A model generated the notes under the pieces. That model was given only the letters and a program-made list of their open reading frames with translations. It was not told the DNA's origin and made no database searches. From the NCBI GenBank assembly GCA_016745215.1, contig CP050890.1, forward strand, positions 6,029,455 to 6,093,454: a DNA stretch of 64,000 nt, given 5' to 3'. Shown here piece after piece: positions 46,246 through 55,654 of this stretch (positions are counted from its first letter, which is position 1; every line of letters begins with the position of its first letter). This DNA comes from Thiohalocapsa sp. PB-PSB1 (GTDB lineage Bacteria; Pseudomonadota; Gammaproteobacteria; Chromatiales; Chromatiaceae). The translations under genes were made by a program, and so were the position numbers.

Positions 46246-46860
46246 AGGACACCCACTCTCCGCCCCGCCGAAATGTGGGTGTCCTGTACCGCGCTCTCTG
46301 TACCGCGCTCTGTACCGCGCTTGGTGTCCTGTACCGCGCTTGTACCGCGCTGTACCGCTCGTACTGTACCGCTCCGGTGTCCTGTACCGCTCCTGTACCG
46401 CTCTCTCTGTACCGCTCTCTGGTTTTTGCTGTCCCTGTTTTTCGCAGTTTTTCGCAGAACACAAATCATAAACCCCTCTCGTGCCCCCTCTCGCGCTCTG
46501 CAACGATTCGGCCTCCTCTAGAAAAGGACACCCACTCTCCGCCCCGCCGAAATGTGGGTGTCCTGTACCGCGCTGTACCGCGGCTTGGTGTCCTGTACCG
46601 CGGCTTCTGTACCGCGGCTTGTACCGCGCTGTACCGCGCTCTGTACCGCGCTCTGTACCGCGCTTGGTGTCCTGTACCGCGCCTATACCGCGCTGTACCG
46701 CTCGTACTGTACCGCTCCGGTGTCCTGTACCGCTCCTGTACCGCTCTCTCTGTACCGCTCTCTGGTTTTTGCTGTCCCTGTTTTTCGCAGTTTTTCGCAG
46801 AACACAAATCATAAACCCCTCTCGTGCCCCCTCTCGCGCTCTGCAACGATTCGGCCTGGC
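46240..46860. repeat. two tandem ~300-bp units, each with an internal CTGTACCGCG(CT) minisatellite and a ggacaccc..gggtgtcc hairpin
   Basis: Unit 1 ~46240-46520 and unit 2 ~46518-46860. Both begin ctagaaaaggacacccactctccgccccgccgaaatgtgggtgtcctgtaccgcg and end ...ctctcgcgctctgcaacgattcggcct. Confidence 0.8.
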
Positions 46861-46906
46861 CTCTGTTAAACTAAGATTCCGCATTTCAGTAATTCGGAGA
46901 TTACGC

Positions 46907-47173
46907 ATGAGAGACACCTTGATCGTTTCCAGTCGCGGCCAGGTGACGCTGCCGGCGGCAGTGCGCCGCCGGCTCGGCATCGCGCCGGGCGACGTATTGA
47001 TCGTCGAGGATCGAGCCGGGGAGTTGGTATTGAAGCCTGCCGCGGTGCTGGAGATCGAGCACTATAGTGATGAGCAGATCGCAGCTTGGGATCGTGAGGA
47101 CGCGCTAAGCGCCGACGAACGTGCGTCTGTCGAGACTTGGTTCCGGACCGAGGCCGGAACCGGAACCAGGTAG
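46907..47173 (+). CDS. AbrB/MazE-fold antitoxin (VapB-like)
   Basis: MRDTLIVSSRGQVTLPAAVRRRLGIAPGDVLIVEDRAGELVLKP is the SpoVT/AbrB swapped-hairpin signature. The stop overlaps the next start as taGTG. Confidence 0.7.
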   Translation: MRDTLIVSSRGQVTLPAAVRRRLGIAPGDVLIVEDRAGELVLKPAAVLEIEHYSDEQIAAWDREDALSADERASVETWFRTEAGTGTR

Positions 47174-47632
47174 TGGCGGCGGGTGAGGTCCGACTATTTC
47201 TGGATGCTAATGTGCTATTCACGGCGGCGCACTGCCGACGGCAAGGCGGCTCTGCTGATCGACTTGGCGCGGCGGGGCCACTGGAACGGGATGACATCCG
47301 CGTTTGCCTTAGAAGAGGCGCGACGGAATCTCGAGCGCAAGTATCCTGACCGGTTGGAGGCCCTTGATCGGCTGCTTGGTGCACTTTCCATTGTCGCGGC
47401 ATCAGGCCCTGGGCCTTGCGCGTTAGCCCTGCCCGAGAAGGATCAGCCGATCTTCGCCGCCGCGCTGCAGTCTGGCGCGACCCACCTGCTGACGGGCGAC
47501 ATGCGCCACTTCGGACGCTTTATGAACGATCCGGGACGGACCGAGGGTATCGTCATCCAGCCTGTGGCGGAGTTCTTGGACGGCCCTGCGGTCCCGATAG
47601 CACTCGCCAATGATGCCAAGTCCTTCGATTGA
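47173..47632 (+). pseudogene. PIN-domain (VapC-like) toxin with an internal frameshift
   Basis: Frame A: VAAGEVRLFLDANVLFTAAH (PIN N-terminus with catalytic Asp). Frame B continues GKAALLIDLARRGHW...ALEEARRNLE...LLTGDMRHFGRF. The frames switch at ~47230. Confidence 0.6.
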
Positions 47633-47842
47633 TCAAGCGTAGGCGCGGCCACGCCGTCTCAGCGCCGCACCCCACTGCGCTCCCGGCGGATGACGAAGAT
47701 GCCGGCCAGGATCAGCGCGTAGGGCGGATGCCCGATAGGGCGATTCGTCATTTCACCGTCCAAAGTCTGGCGGAATCCGTCCATGGTTCCGCCCTACGCG
47801 CTCCTTCCTCAAGAGAAACTTGGCTGCGCCGGGATTTCGGTG

Positions 47843-48118
47843 ACAGTTTACTAAATAGTGCCTGAAAGAAAAGTCGCTTTAATGTTCTGAAACAATAATT
47901 TAGAAATACCCCCATGTTCGAAGATTGCGCGGAACCCAAGATCATTGGGGATAGATACGGCGCGGATGAGAATTGCTCTCATTCACTCGATTCATCCTCT
48001 GTTCATCATCTCCGAATCAATGAAAAACGGTATTGGCGACAATGCGGCCAATGCCGATTTGGCGAAATAAACTGAGTTTTCGTTCAGGCACTATTTAGTG
48101 GATTTAGTAAACTGTCAC
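47843..48118. mobile_element. ~275-bp AT-rich MITE
   Basis: tgacagtttactaaatagtgcctgaa at the left end. Its reverse complement (with a 7-nt insertion) lies at the right end, 48083-48118. Sits exactly at the downstream edge of the patatin duplication. Confidence 0.6.
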
Positions 48119-48134
48119 CGTAACTGCCAGAGGG

Positions 48135-49193
48135 CTATGACGTCGGCATCGAGCCGCCGTCGAGCAATGGACGCAGCTCGGCAAGGGCTTCTTGCATCGC
48201 CTGTTCGCCGATTTGGATCAGTTCTTCGGCGCGGTTGAACTCGCCGGGGAAAATGTGGCCGACCCGCGGGGTGACGGTCAGGTCGGCGGGGTGAGCGGCG
48301 TTTTGATGGACCGAGAGTTGCCGTAATACCAGCGCGCTGGAGGAAAGGGCAATGGCCAATAGGCTTGGCTCTTCGGCCCATTCGCGCAGGCCCCGCAGCA
48401 GATGCCAGCGGCGCATGAAGCCCGGGATGGCAGCCCAGATGCGCCCACGCAGGCTGCGCCGTTCGGCCTCGGGCAGCAGATGGTCGCGCAAACCGACGCT
48501 GTTGGCGACGCCCTTGAAGTCGGCGGTGACGTCGACGCCGAGAACAACCTGGGCGCCCAGTGCTCGGGCCGCGGCGACCGGGACATTGGCCACCAGTCCG
48601 CCGTCGATCAGCAGTCGTTCGCCGTTGCGGACCGGGGCAAAGACGGTCGGCAGGGAGATGGATGCGCGCACGGCGGTGACCAGGTCGCCATCGCTGGCAA
48701 CCCATGCCTCCCCATCGATGAGGTCCGTTGCCACCGCCGCGAAGGGCAGAGGCAGATCCTGGATCTCTTGCCGGTCGAAGTGGCGGCGCAGTGCTCGCTC
48801 GATGGAGCGGCCTACCAGTATGCTATTGCCGCCGAGTCGAAAATCGGTGAGTTTCAGGGCGCGGCGCCAGTTCAGGTTGCGGGCCAGGTCTTCGAGCAGA
48901 TCCAGCTTGCCGGCGGCATAGGCAGCGCCCACCAAGGCCCCCATGGAGGTGCCGCTGACGACGGCGGGTTTGAGTCCCTCGCGCTCCAGCACATGCAGCA
49001 GGCCGATGTGGGCCAGGCCCAGGGCTGCGCCGCCGCCCAGGGCGAGACCGAGACGCGGCTGCGGCGGGGTGTTCGACAATGCGGCCGATGGGGGGCTTTG
49101 CTCGGTCATCTTTGCCGCCTGGGTTGCCTGTTGCGGCTGTGCTGCCTGTTGTCGTCGCTGCCCGCATTGTGCTTGTGTAATCTGATTGCGCAA
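48135..49193 (-). CDS. patatin-like phospholipase (intact copy)
   Basis: GLALGGGAALGLAHIGLLHVLE (oxyanion hole), GTSMGA (nucleophile elbow), LIDGGLVANVP (catalytic Asp). The start is probably at MTEQSPP (~49112). Confidence 0.85.
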   Translation of the reverse strand: MRNQITQAQCGQRRQQAAQPQQATQAAKMTEQSPPSAALSNTPPQPRLGLALGGGAALGLAHIGLLHVLEREGLKPAVVSGTSMGALVGAAYAAGKLDLLEDLARNLNWRRALKLTDFRLGGNSILVGRSIERALRRHFDRQEIQDLPLPFAAVATDLIDGEAWVASDGDLVTAVRASISLPTVFAPVRNGERLLIDGGLVANVPVAAARALGAQVVLGVDVTADFKGVANSVGLRDHLLPEAERRSLRGRIWAAIPGFMRRWHLLRGLREWAEEPSLLAIALSSSALVLRQLSVHQNAAHPADLTVTPRVGHIFPGEFNRAEELIQIGEQAMQEALAELRPLLDGGSMPTS

Positions 49194-49304
49194 GATTTCA
49201 ATTGCTGTCGAGTCATTCCTGGTCGTCTCCGTTTTGCTGAACGGTGCTGGCGAGTTGGCGAGTTGTTCGTGAACAACGCGATTGATGTCCCCTCGCAGCA
49301 GCGC

Positions 49305-50123
49305 TCAGGTTGTTTCCGAGCCGTCTCTTGGCTGCAAGCCGGCCGCGGCAAAGCGCACCCCGAGACGCCGCAATGTTGCTTTCCCCCGAACGTTGAGATC
49401 GCTGACGAATTGGAATTGCTGGCGTGGGTCGATCGGGTAGGCTTTGACGCGATAGTGCGAGCCCCAGGGCTTTTCCTGCAGGATGACGACGATCGGCTTG
49501 TCCAACTGTAAGTATGCGCTGGCTAGGACAACGTCGTACAGCCGGTCTTTGACTTGTGTGGCATCGTGGTCCGGTTGCAGGTAGAAATCCGCGACGCATT
49601 GCAGGTTGGTGCTGCCATCGTTTGCGTTGGCGATGAGTTCGGTCCACAGCTTGGCGTGCGGGATGAACACGACCGTATCGTCCGGGGTGACGATTTCGAT
49701 GGTGCGCATGCCGATGTGCTTGACCTCGCCGTAGGTGTCGTTGATGTCGATCCAATCCCCGGGCCGGTAGGGCATCTCGTTGACCGCGACGATACCCGCG
49801 ATGATGCTGCTGACATAGTCTTTGAGGGCAAAGCCGATGGCCAGACCCGCGGCGCCCAATACGGCCAGGATATTCTGCGAGGTGGGTGCGATCTGCTGCA
49901 AAATCAGCACCAGCGCAACGGCGATAATCAGCAGGCGCAGCAAGGGGATGCTGGCGAGCAGATAGAGTCGGCGCTGGCCGTGCAGTTTGTCGGCAAGCCA
50001 AACGAGCAATTTGCGGCTTGCCATGCTCAGGACGATGGCACCGCCGACGATCAGCGCAAGTACGATCAGCGCAGATGCGGTGATGGATTCAAGAAGTCGG
50101 ACGATGGTTTCGCTGTCTTGCAT
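49305..50123 (-). CDS. MscS-family mechanosensitive channel
   Basis: Three N-terminal TM, then GDWIDINDTYGEVKHIGMRTIEIVTPDDTVVFIPHAKL, typical of the MscS beta-domain. Confidence 0.8.
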   Translation of the reverse strand: MQDSETIVRLLESITASALIVLALIVGGAIVLSMASRKLLVWLADKLHGQRRLYLLASIPLLRLLIIAVALVLILQQIAPTSQNILAVLGAAGLAIGFALKDYVSSIIAGIVAVNEMPYRPGDWIDINDTYGEVKHIGMRTIEIVTPDDTVVFIPHAKLWTELIANANDGSTNLQCVADFYLQPDHDATQVKDRLYDVVLASAYLQLDKPIVVILQEKPWGSHYRVKAYPIDPRQQFQFVSDLNVRGKATLRRLGVRFAAAGLQPRDGSETT

Positions 50124-50194
50124 GTTCAGAAGGCTTATCTGGGTGGGGCTTATCTGGGGAGCTTATCTGGGAAAAGACATCCGGGAATCGCTGA

Positions 50195-50525
50195 TGCCGA
50201 GGGCTAGTGGAGCGGTACAGAAATCCCGAGGCGGTTCGTTGTCGTTGTCGTAATCGTAGTCGTTATCGAGCATTCGGCTAAGACGATTATGACAACGACA
50301 ACGACAACGATAACGATAACGATAACGATAACGACCGGAGACTGTCTTGGAACATCTGCACCGAGGCACTAGTGGAGCGGTACAGAAATCCCGAGGCGGT
50401 TCGTTGTCGTTGTCGTAATCGTAGTCGTTATCGAGCATTCGGCTAAGACGATTATGACAACGACAACGACAACGACAACGATAACGACCGGAGACTGTCT
50501 TGGAACATCTGCACCAAGGCACTAG
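50195..50525. repeat. two tandem ~165-bp hairpin-forming (REP-like) repeat units
   Basis: Each unit contains cgttgtcgttgtcgtaatcgtagtcgttatcgagcattcggctaagacgattatgacaacgacaacgacaacg, a ~21-bp stem with 1 mismatch. (GATAAC)n / (GACAAC)n hexamer runs vary between units. Confidence 0.8.
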
Positions 50526-50564
50526 GAATGATCGATGCCCATGTTCACTGCACGGGATCGGTGT

Positions 50565-51791
50565 TCAGGGCTGATCGTCGATCAAATAGCCGCGACTGCC
50601 CAGCCACTCGCGCACCACCACATAGCCCAGCGGTGCCACTCGCCAAATAGTTTCCGTGCGGTCAATCAGCCCTAGATGTTCCAGCCGCAACAGGTTGGCG
50701 CCGAGCATCATGCGGGCATCCGGCAGGAGTTCGGCCAACAGGTCTTGGGACAATCCATTATGCAGCAGCAATGCGTGCAACAGATGGGTCAGCTCGTCTT
50801 CGGTGGTTGGCGATAATTCCGGCTCGCGGTGCTCGGCAGTCCACCAAAGGGTAACTTCATCGGCTGGCTCGGATGCTTCGATTGCATCCGCATTGGCGGA
50901 TGCGACTTCTGGGGTCGCGGCATCGGGCTCGGTGCGGAATCCAGTACGCCAGTAGTTCCAGGCGATGCCGAGATTGCCTCGGCAATGCGCGGCCAGGCGC
51001 TTTAACAGGGCACTGACCGGCGGATCTGGGGCGGCATCGGAATCGGCAGAGCACAGGATGTCGTCGCCAGTCTTTGCATTGCGCACGCGAATGCGGCGCC
51101 CCATTGGATCGTGCAGAGCATATTGGAAGTACGCTGCCAGCCGATCTCCGTCAAATGCCTGCAAGGTGTAAATCTGCGACTGGGGTATCGGCCATATCCG
51201 TTGCAGGAAGGCCCAGGCCCAGCTGTCGCAGCCGATCAGGCCGCGTCCCAGGCAGCCACTGGCGGCGAGATCGAGAAAGCGGCGAATCAGCACGAGACCG
51301 TCGCCATGGCGCAGGAAACAATGCTCCAAATGCGGCAATACCCATGCGTCCCGCGGCAGGTTGGCATCTTCAAGCCAAGCTGGATCGTCGGCCAGAATGT
51401 GTTCGCTGGCAGGCGGGGCGATCAGATGCCAGCCGTGGCTTGCGGCCCAGAATTCCAGAACCTCAGCGTGTCCGCCGTAGGGTGGCCCGACCAGGAACCG
51501 AGGCATCTTTGCTGCATCATCGGCCTTTGCCCATTCTGCAAATTGGATGGTCAGAGCATCGGCGGCGCGGCGCCAATCGATCGGCGGCGCCAGGTGTGCA
51601 AGTCGTGCCTCGGGCAGGTTGCGCAGATCCTCCAACGCCATTGCGGGCGGTTGCGGGGCGGATTCCGACCGGAACAGACGCCGGAGCGCATGCATTCGCT
51701 TGGTCGCGACTTCCTGCACTGGCGTCGGCGGCAATGCAAATTCTGCCAATGGCACGATGTGCCACAGCGGCTTGTTCGGCGCGGCTGACAT
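50565..51791 (-). CDS. hypothetical protein (408 aa)
   Basis: Long ORF with host-like composition and no motif I recognise. Confidence 0.5.
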   Translation of the reverse strand: MSAAPNKPLWHIVPLAEFALPPTPVQEVATKRMHALRRLFRSESAPQPPAMALEDLRNLPEARLAHLAPPIDWRRAADALTIQFAEWAKADDAAKMPRFLVGPPYGGHAEVLEFWAASHGWHLIAPPASEHILADDPAWLEDANLPRDAWVLPHLEHCFLRHGDGLVLIRRFLDLAASGCLGRGLIGCDSWAWAFLQRIWPIPQSQIYTLQAFDGDRLAAYFQYALHDPMGRRIRVRNAKTGDDILCSADSDAAPDPPVSALLKRLAAHCRGNLGIAWNYWRTGFRTEPDAATPEVASANADAIEASEPADEVTLWWTAEHREPELSPTTEDELTHLLHALLLHNGLSQDLLAELLPDARMMLGANLLRLEHLGLIDRTETIWRVAPLGYVVVREWLGSRGYLIDDQP

Positions 51792-52016
51792 GTGCGCAGT
51801 GTTACCTTAGCCGTGGCGATGTCAATGCTGTTCTGCTCGTAAACTCGGGAGATAACTCGGGAGATAGAGCAAATTGCGAGACGGTAAAGATGAAGTTTCT
51901 CATGCCTTGATGTCGATCAACCCTAGCAGCCGGCGCGAATCGGCACCCGCCTAGCGGGTCAGCACCTCCTACATGGCCGCCACCATGGTGCAGAAAACAT
52001 GGCCACTGTCGACGCT

Positions 52017-52796
52017 TCACCCAGCTCCGAACAAGTCCTTGAGCAACTGGAGCGTGGTCTGCCGCCCGAGTTCGCCGATCGCGGTGGTGAGCGGGATTTC
52101 CTTGGGGCAAACGCGCACACAGTTTTGCGCATTGCCGCAGTCGCTGAGGCCGCCGTCGGACATGATGGCGTGCAGACGCTCCGCCTTGTCGGTGCGACCC
52201 GTTGGGTGCGCATTCATCAACCGTACCTGCGCCAGCGGTGCTGGACCGACAAAGGACTTGTCGTCACCAGCGCCGTTGCTGAACTGAGGGCAGGCCGCCA
52301 TGCAGCAGCCGCAGCTCATGCAGCGGCTGTATAGGTAATTGGCCGCCCAGTCCTTTGGAGACAGGCGCGGGGCGCGCTCGTGATTGTCCCAGGGACCATC
52401 GATCCGCACCCAGGCTTTGACGCGTTTGAGATTGTTCAACAAGCGCGTGCGGTCCACCATCAGATCGCGCACCACCGGAAACTTGGGCAATGGCTGCAAT
52501 TCGATCGGTTGGTCCAGATCGGCGATCAAGGCGGAGCAGGAGGGCTTCGGCCGGCCATTGATGAGCATGGCGCAGGAGCCGCAGACTTCTTCCATACAGT
52601 TGTGCTCGAATGCCACCGGATCTACCCGCTGGCCATCGCTGGTGATCGGGTGCTCGCGCAGGGCGTGTAAGATGGACACGACATTGTCATCGGCATGCAC
52701 CGGCAATCTGAAATGCTGCCAATAGGGCTTGCTGGTTGGCGTGTCCTGGCGGAGGATGCGCAATTCGACAGTCTTTGATGCAGCAACTTCGTTCAT
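52017..52796 (-). CDS. sdhB: succinate dehydrogenase / fumarate reductase iron-sulfur subunit
   Basis: Cys clusters CGSCAMLINGRP..C and CMSCGCCMAACP...C..C (2Fe-2S, 4Fe-4S, 3Fe-4S ligands). Confidence 0.85.
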   Translation of the reverse strand: MNEVAASKTVELRILRQDTPTSKPYWQHFRLPVHADDNVVSILHALREHPITSDGQRVDPVAFEHNCMEEVCGSCAMLINGRPKPSCSALIADLDQPIELQPLPKFPVVRDLMVDRTRLLNNLKRVKAWVRIDGPWDNHERAPRLSPKDWAANYLYSRCMSCGCCMAACPQFSNGAGDDKSFVGPAPLAQVRLMNAHPTGRTDKAERLHAIMSDGGLSDCGNAQNCVRVCPKEIPLTTAIGELGRQTTLQLLKDLFGAG

Positions 52797-52805
52797 AACA
52801 GACCC

Positions 52806-54692
52806 CTATCGATAATCGCGCGGCTGTTCCGGCTCCAACAGGCTCAGATCCACTGGTTCCAGGCGGATGCGCGGTCCGGATGGACTCTGTTCGGCAATGG
52901 TGGTCTTGAGCCAATTGGCATTCTTGGCCTTCCATTGCTCTCGATAGGCCTCGAATTCCGGATCGCCGGGGAATTTTCCTTCTGGAATTGGGCGCGAAAA
53001 TTCCGGTTTGTGATGGGCGCCACGACATTCGTCGCGCGCGCGGGCGCTGGCTGCCATGACCTCGGCCAGCTTGATCATGTCGAACACCTGGCGCGCATAC
53101 GCCAGGCTCTGATTGGCCCAGGCGCTGTTTTCCGACAGATCGAGCCGTGCGAAGCGTTGTTCCAGTTCCGCCAATTCGTCCAATGCCGCGTCTAACTCCG
53201 CGTTGTCGCGCACAACGCCGACCTTGGCCGTCATCAGGGCACCGAGCTCTTGGTGCAGCCGGTAGGGATTTTGATCGCCGTCCGATTCCATGAAACGTTG
53301 ATTGATGCCGGACTGGCGGGCAACCTCGGCATCGAATGGCTCTGCCGGCAGAGCCTCGCTGTCGAGCGACAGCCCGGCCAAATAAGCGGCCACCGCCTCG
53401 CTGGCCACGCGCCCCGAGTAAGATGCGGACAATAACGAGTTTGCCCCGAGCCGATTGGCGCCATGATAGGCATAGTCGCATTCGCCGCAGGCGTAGAGGC
53501 CGGGGATATTGGTGGCATGGTTGCGTGGGCTACCCGGTCGGATGCCGCCGTTGTTCGGGTCCTTTTCGAAGTCGACCCAGAGCCCACCCATGGCGTAATG
53601 CGCGGCCGGGAAGATCTCCATCGGCTGGTCCAGCGGATCGGTGCCGGCGAACTTGCGATAGATCGACAGGATGGCGCCAAGCCGGGTGGAGACGAAATCG
53701 CGATCCAGATGGGTCAAATCCAGGTAGACGCGGTCGTCGCCATCAATGCCCAATCCCATTTCTCGGGTGACCTTCCAGATGGCCCGGGAGGCGATGTCGC
53801 GCGCCACTGTATTGCCATAGCTCGGATACCATTCCTCCAGAAAATAAAAGCGTTCGGACTCTGGGATCTGCTTTGGCTCGCGTGGGTCGCCGGGGTTTTT
53901 CGGTACCCAGATGCGGCCACCCTCGCCGCGCGCCGCCTCTGACATCAACCGGGTTTTGTCCTCGCCGAGCATCGCGGTGGGATGGAACTGGAAGAATTCG
54001 CCATTGGCGAACAGGGCGCCTTGCTGGTAAACGCGGCTGGCCGCGGCACCGGTCGAATTGGTGGAGCAGGTGGTCTTGGGGGTGTAGATCTGGCCCAGTC
54101 CGCCGCTGGCCAATACCACGGCATCGGCGCGGAACGCGCGGACCTCCAGGCTGCGCAGATCCATCGCGACAATGCCCCGGCAGATGCCGTCGGCATCCTT
54201 GACGATGGACAGGAATTCCCACCATTCGTGCTTCTCGACCTTGCCTTCGGTCTCCATTCGACGCACCTGCTGATCGACGCCGTACATGAGTTGTTGGCCG
54301 GTGCTGGCGCCGGCAAAACAGGTGCGTTTGTTCTTGACGCCGCCGAACAGACGCTGATCCAGCAGTCCCTCCGGCGTGCGCGAGAAGGTCACACCCATAC
54401 GCTCGAAGGTGTGGATCAGGCCCGGCGCATCGTCGCACATGGATTTGACCGGCGGTTGGTTGGCCATATAGCTGCCGCCCTTGATCGTATCGACAAAGTG
54501 TTGCCAGACGCTGTCGTGCTGACCCTTCATGTCCAGCACCGCGTTGATGCCGCCCTGTGCGCAGACCGAATGTGAGCGCATCACCTCGAATAACGAAAAC
54601 AGGGTGACCCGGTGCCCGGTGGCGGCCAGACCCAGTGTTGCCCAGAGGCCGCCGAGACCGCCGCCGATGACGATGACGTGATGTCCGCTCAT
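52806..54692 (-). CDS. sdhA: succinate dehydrogenase / fumarate reductase flavoprotein subunit
   Basis: VIVIGGGLGGLWATLGLA FAD fold, RSHSVCAQGGINA, FHPTAM, EAARGEGG. Confidence 0.9.
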   Translation of the reverse strand: MSGHHVIVIGGGLGGLWATLGLAATGHRVTLFSLFEVMRSHSVCAQGGINAVLDMKGQHDSVWQHFVDTIKGGSYMANQPPVKSMCDDAPGLIHTFERMGVTFSRTPEGLLDQRLFGGVKNKRTCFAGASTGQQLMYGVDQQVRRMETEGKVEKHEWWEFLSIVKDADGICRGIVAMDLRSLEVRAFRADAVVLASGGLGQIYTPKTTCSTNSTGAAASRVYQQGALFANGEFFQFHPTAMLGEDKTRLMSEAARGEGGRIWVPKNPGDPREPKQIPESERFYFLEEWYPSYGNTVARDIASRAIWKVTREMGLGIDGDDRVYLDLTHLDRDFVSTRLGAILSIYRKFAGTDPLDQPMEIFPAAHYAMGGLWVDFEKDPNNGGIRPGSPRNHATNIPGLYACGECDYAYHGANRLGANSLLSASYSGRVASEAVAAYLAGLSLDSEALPAEPFDAEVARQSGINQRFMESDGDQNPYRLHQELGALMTAKVGVVRDNAELDAALDELAELEQRFARLDLSENSAWANQSLAYARQVFDMIKLAEVMAASARARDECRGAHHKPEFSRPIPEGKFPGDPEFEAYREQWKAKNANWLKTTIAEQSPSGPRIRLEPVDLSLLEPEQPRDYR

Positions 54693-55372
54693 GTTGCACT
54701 CCCCGCCAAACTTGCGCTGAAGCCATCCGCCAACCCGGGCGCGGTCAGGTATCCGATCAGGCCATGCACGCCGAGCGCCATCAGCAGCAGCCCGAAGCCG
54801 ACGCAGAACCAGGCGAAGCGCTGCTGTGCCTGGGCGCTGGTGGTCAGCCCCCAGACGATGGCCGCGGTGGACAAGCCGTTGGCCAGGTGGAAGACCGCTA
54901 GCAGCAATCCGGTCAGGTACAGCGCGAAGATCGGCGGTTGGGATAAGGCCATCTGCATATGGCCGAACAGGTCGGCGCGAATGGTCGGATCAATGATGCC
55001 GCTGATCCGCGTCAGGCTCACATGCATCAGCAGGAACAGCAACAGCCCAACCCCTGAGATGCGTTGCAGCAGGTACATGCCGTTGCGCATATAGCGATAG
55101 CGCAGCGGATCGGCGCGGCCTTTGGCGATGATCGCGAGCCCGTACAGGGCATGAAACAGCAAGGGCAGTGCGATGAACAGAATCTCGATCACGGGTAGAT
55201 AGTTGAGATCCTGCAATGCACCGACTACTTTTTCGTTAAAGTGCTCAGCGCCCAGTCGCGATTGCGAGTTCTCCCATAGGTGGAACACCAGGAAGGCCCC
55301 GATCGGCAGCAGCCCAAACAAAGAGTGTACGCGACGTAACAGGAAGTGAGGATTTTCGATGGAAGCTGACAT
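54689..55372 (-). CDS. sdhC: di-heme cytochrome b membrane anchor (type-B SQR/QFR, single large subunit)
   Basis: 227 aa, 5 predicted TM with conserved His. Overlaps the sdhA start. Gene order C-A-B as in Bacillus/Wolinella-type enzymes. Confidence 0.65.
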   Translation of the reverse strand: MSASIENPHFLLRRVHSLFGLLPIGAFLVFHLWENSQSRLGAEHFNEKVVGALQDLNYLPVIEILFIALPLLFHALYGLAIIAKGRADPLRYRYMRNGMYLLQRISGVGLLLFLLMHVSLTRISGIIDPTIRADLFGHMQMALSQPPIFALYLTGLLLAVFHLANGLSTAAIVWGLTTSAQAQQRFAWFCVGFGLLLMALGVHGLIGYLTAPGLADGFSASLAGSAT

Positions 55373-55654
55373 GATGATTCACCAACAACATTCTTTATTC
55401 AGAATAGCCTGACCATGGGCAAAGAGTTGTGATACTGATCAGCTTATTGGAATATTCGAAAATTGCCAACATTGGTGCAGGCAATCACAGGCTTGTGGCT
55501 TGGCGCCGCAAGGGCAAACAAACGATGCGGCTCGGCAGATATTCAGCAGCGCATTGCGGCGCACCAGAATCGCCGTACGCATGCCGGACTCGCCAGCAGC
55601 GCGCGTCTGTGGCAGGATCGATTCCCCAACCAATCACCTGGAGATAGCATCGCC

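Noticed and set aside
43700-46860. Possibility that the tandem repeat arrays are a CRISPR array
   Set aside because: There are no uniform-length unique spacers between repeats. Units are contiguous minisatellites (9-31 bp) with internal variation, and there are no cas genes nearby.
46081-46980. 299-aa minus-strand ORF, plus several 100-230-aa ORFs on both strands, across 46.1-47.2 kb
   Set aside because: They read through the CTGTACCGCG minisatellite (RGTGHQ / VPLYRS-type repetitive peptides). Only the 3' part on the plus strand (46907-47173, VapB-like) looks like a real gene.
50163-50522. 119-aa ORF with RCRCRC and DNDYDYDNDNE repeats
   Set aside because: Translation of the hairpin/hexamer REP-like repeat. 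The duplicated peptide simply mirrors the tandem DNA units.
51074-51910. 278-aa plus-strand ORF (and 51111-51788 +) antisense to the 408-aa hypothetical gene
   Set aside because: It is Arg/Ala/Gly-rich with no features and is antisense to a longer ORF of better composition. The minus-strand 50565-51791 ORF was kept instead.
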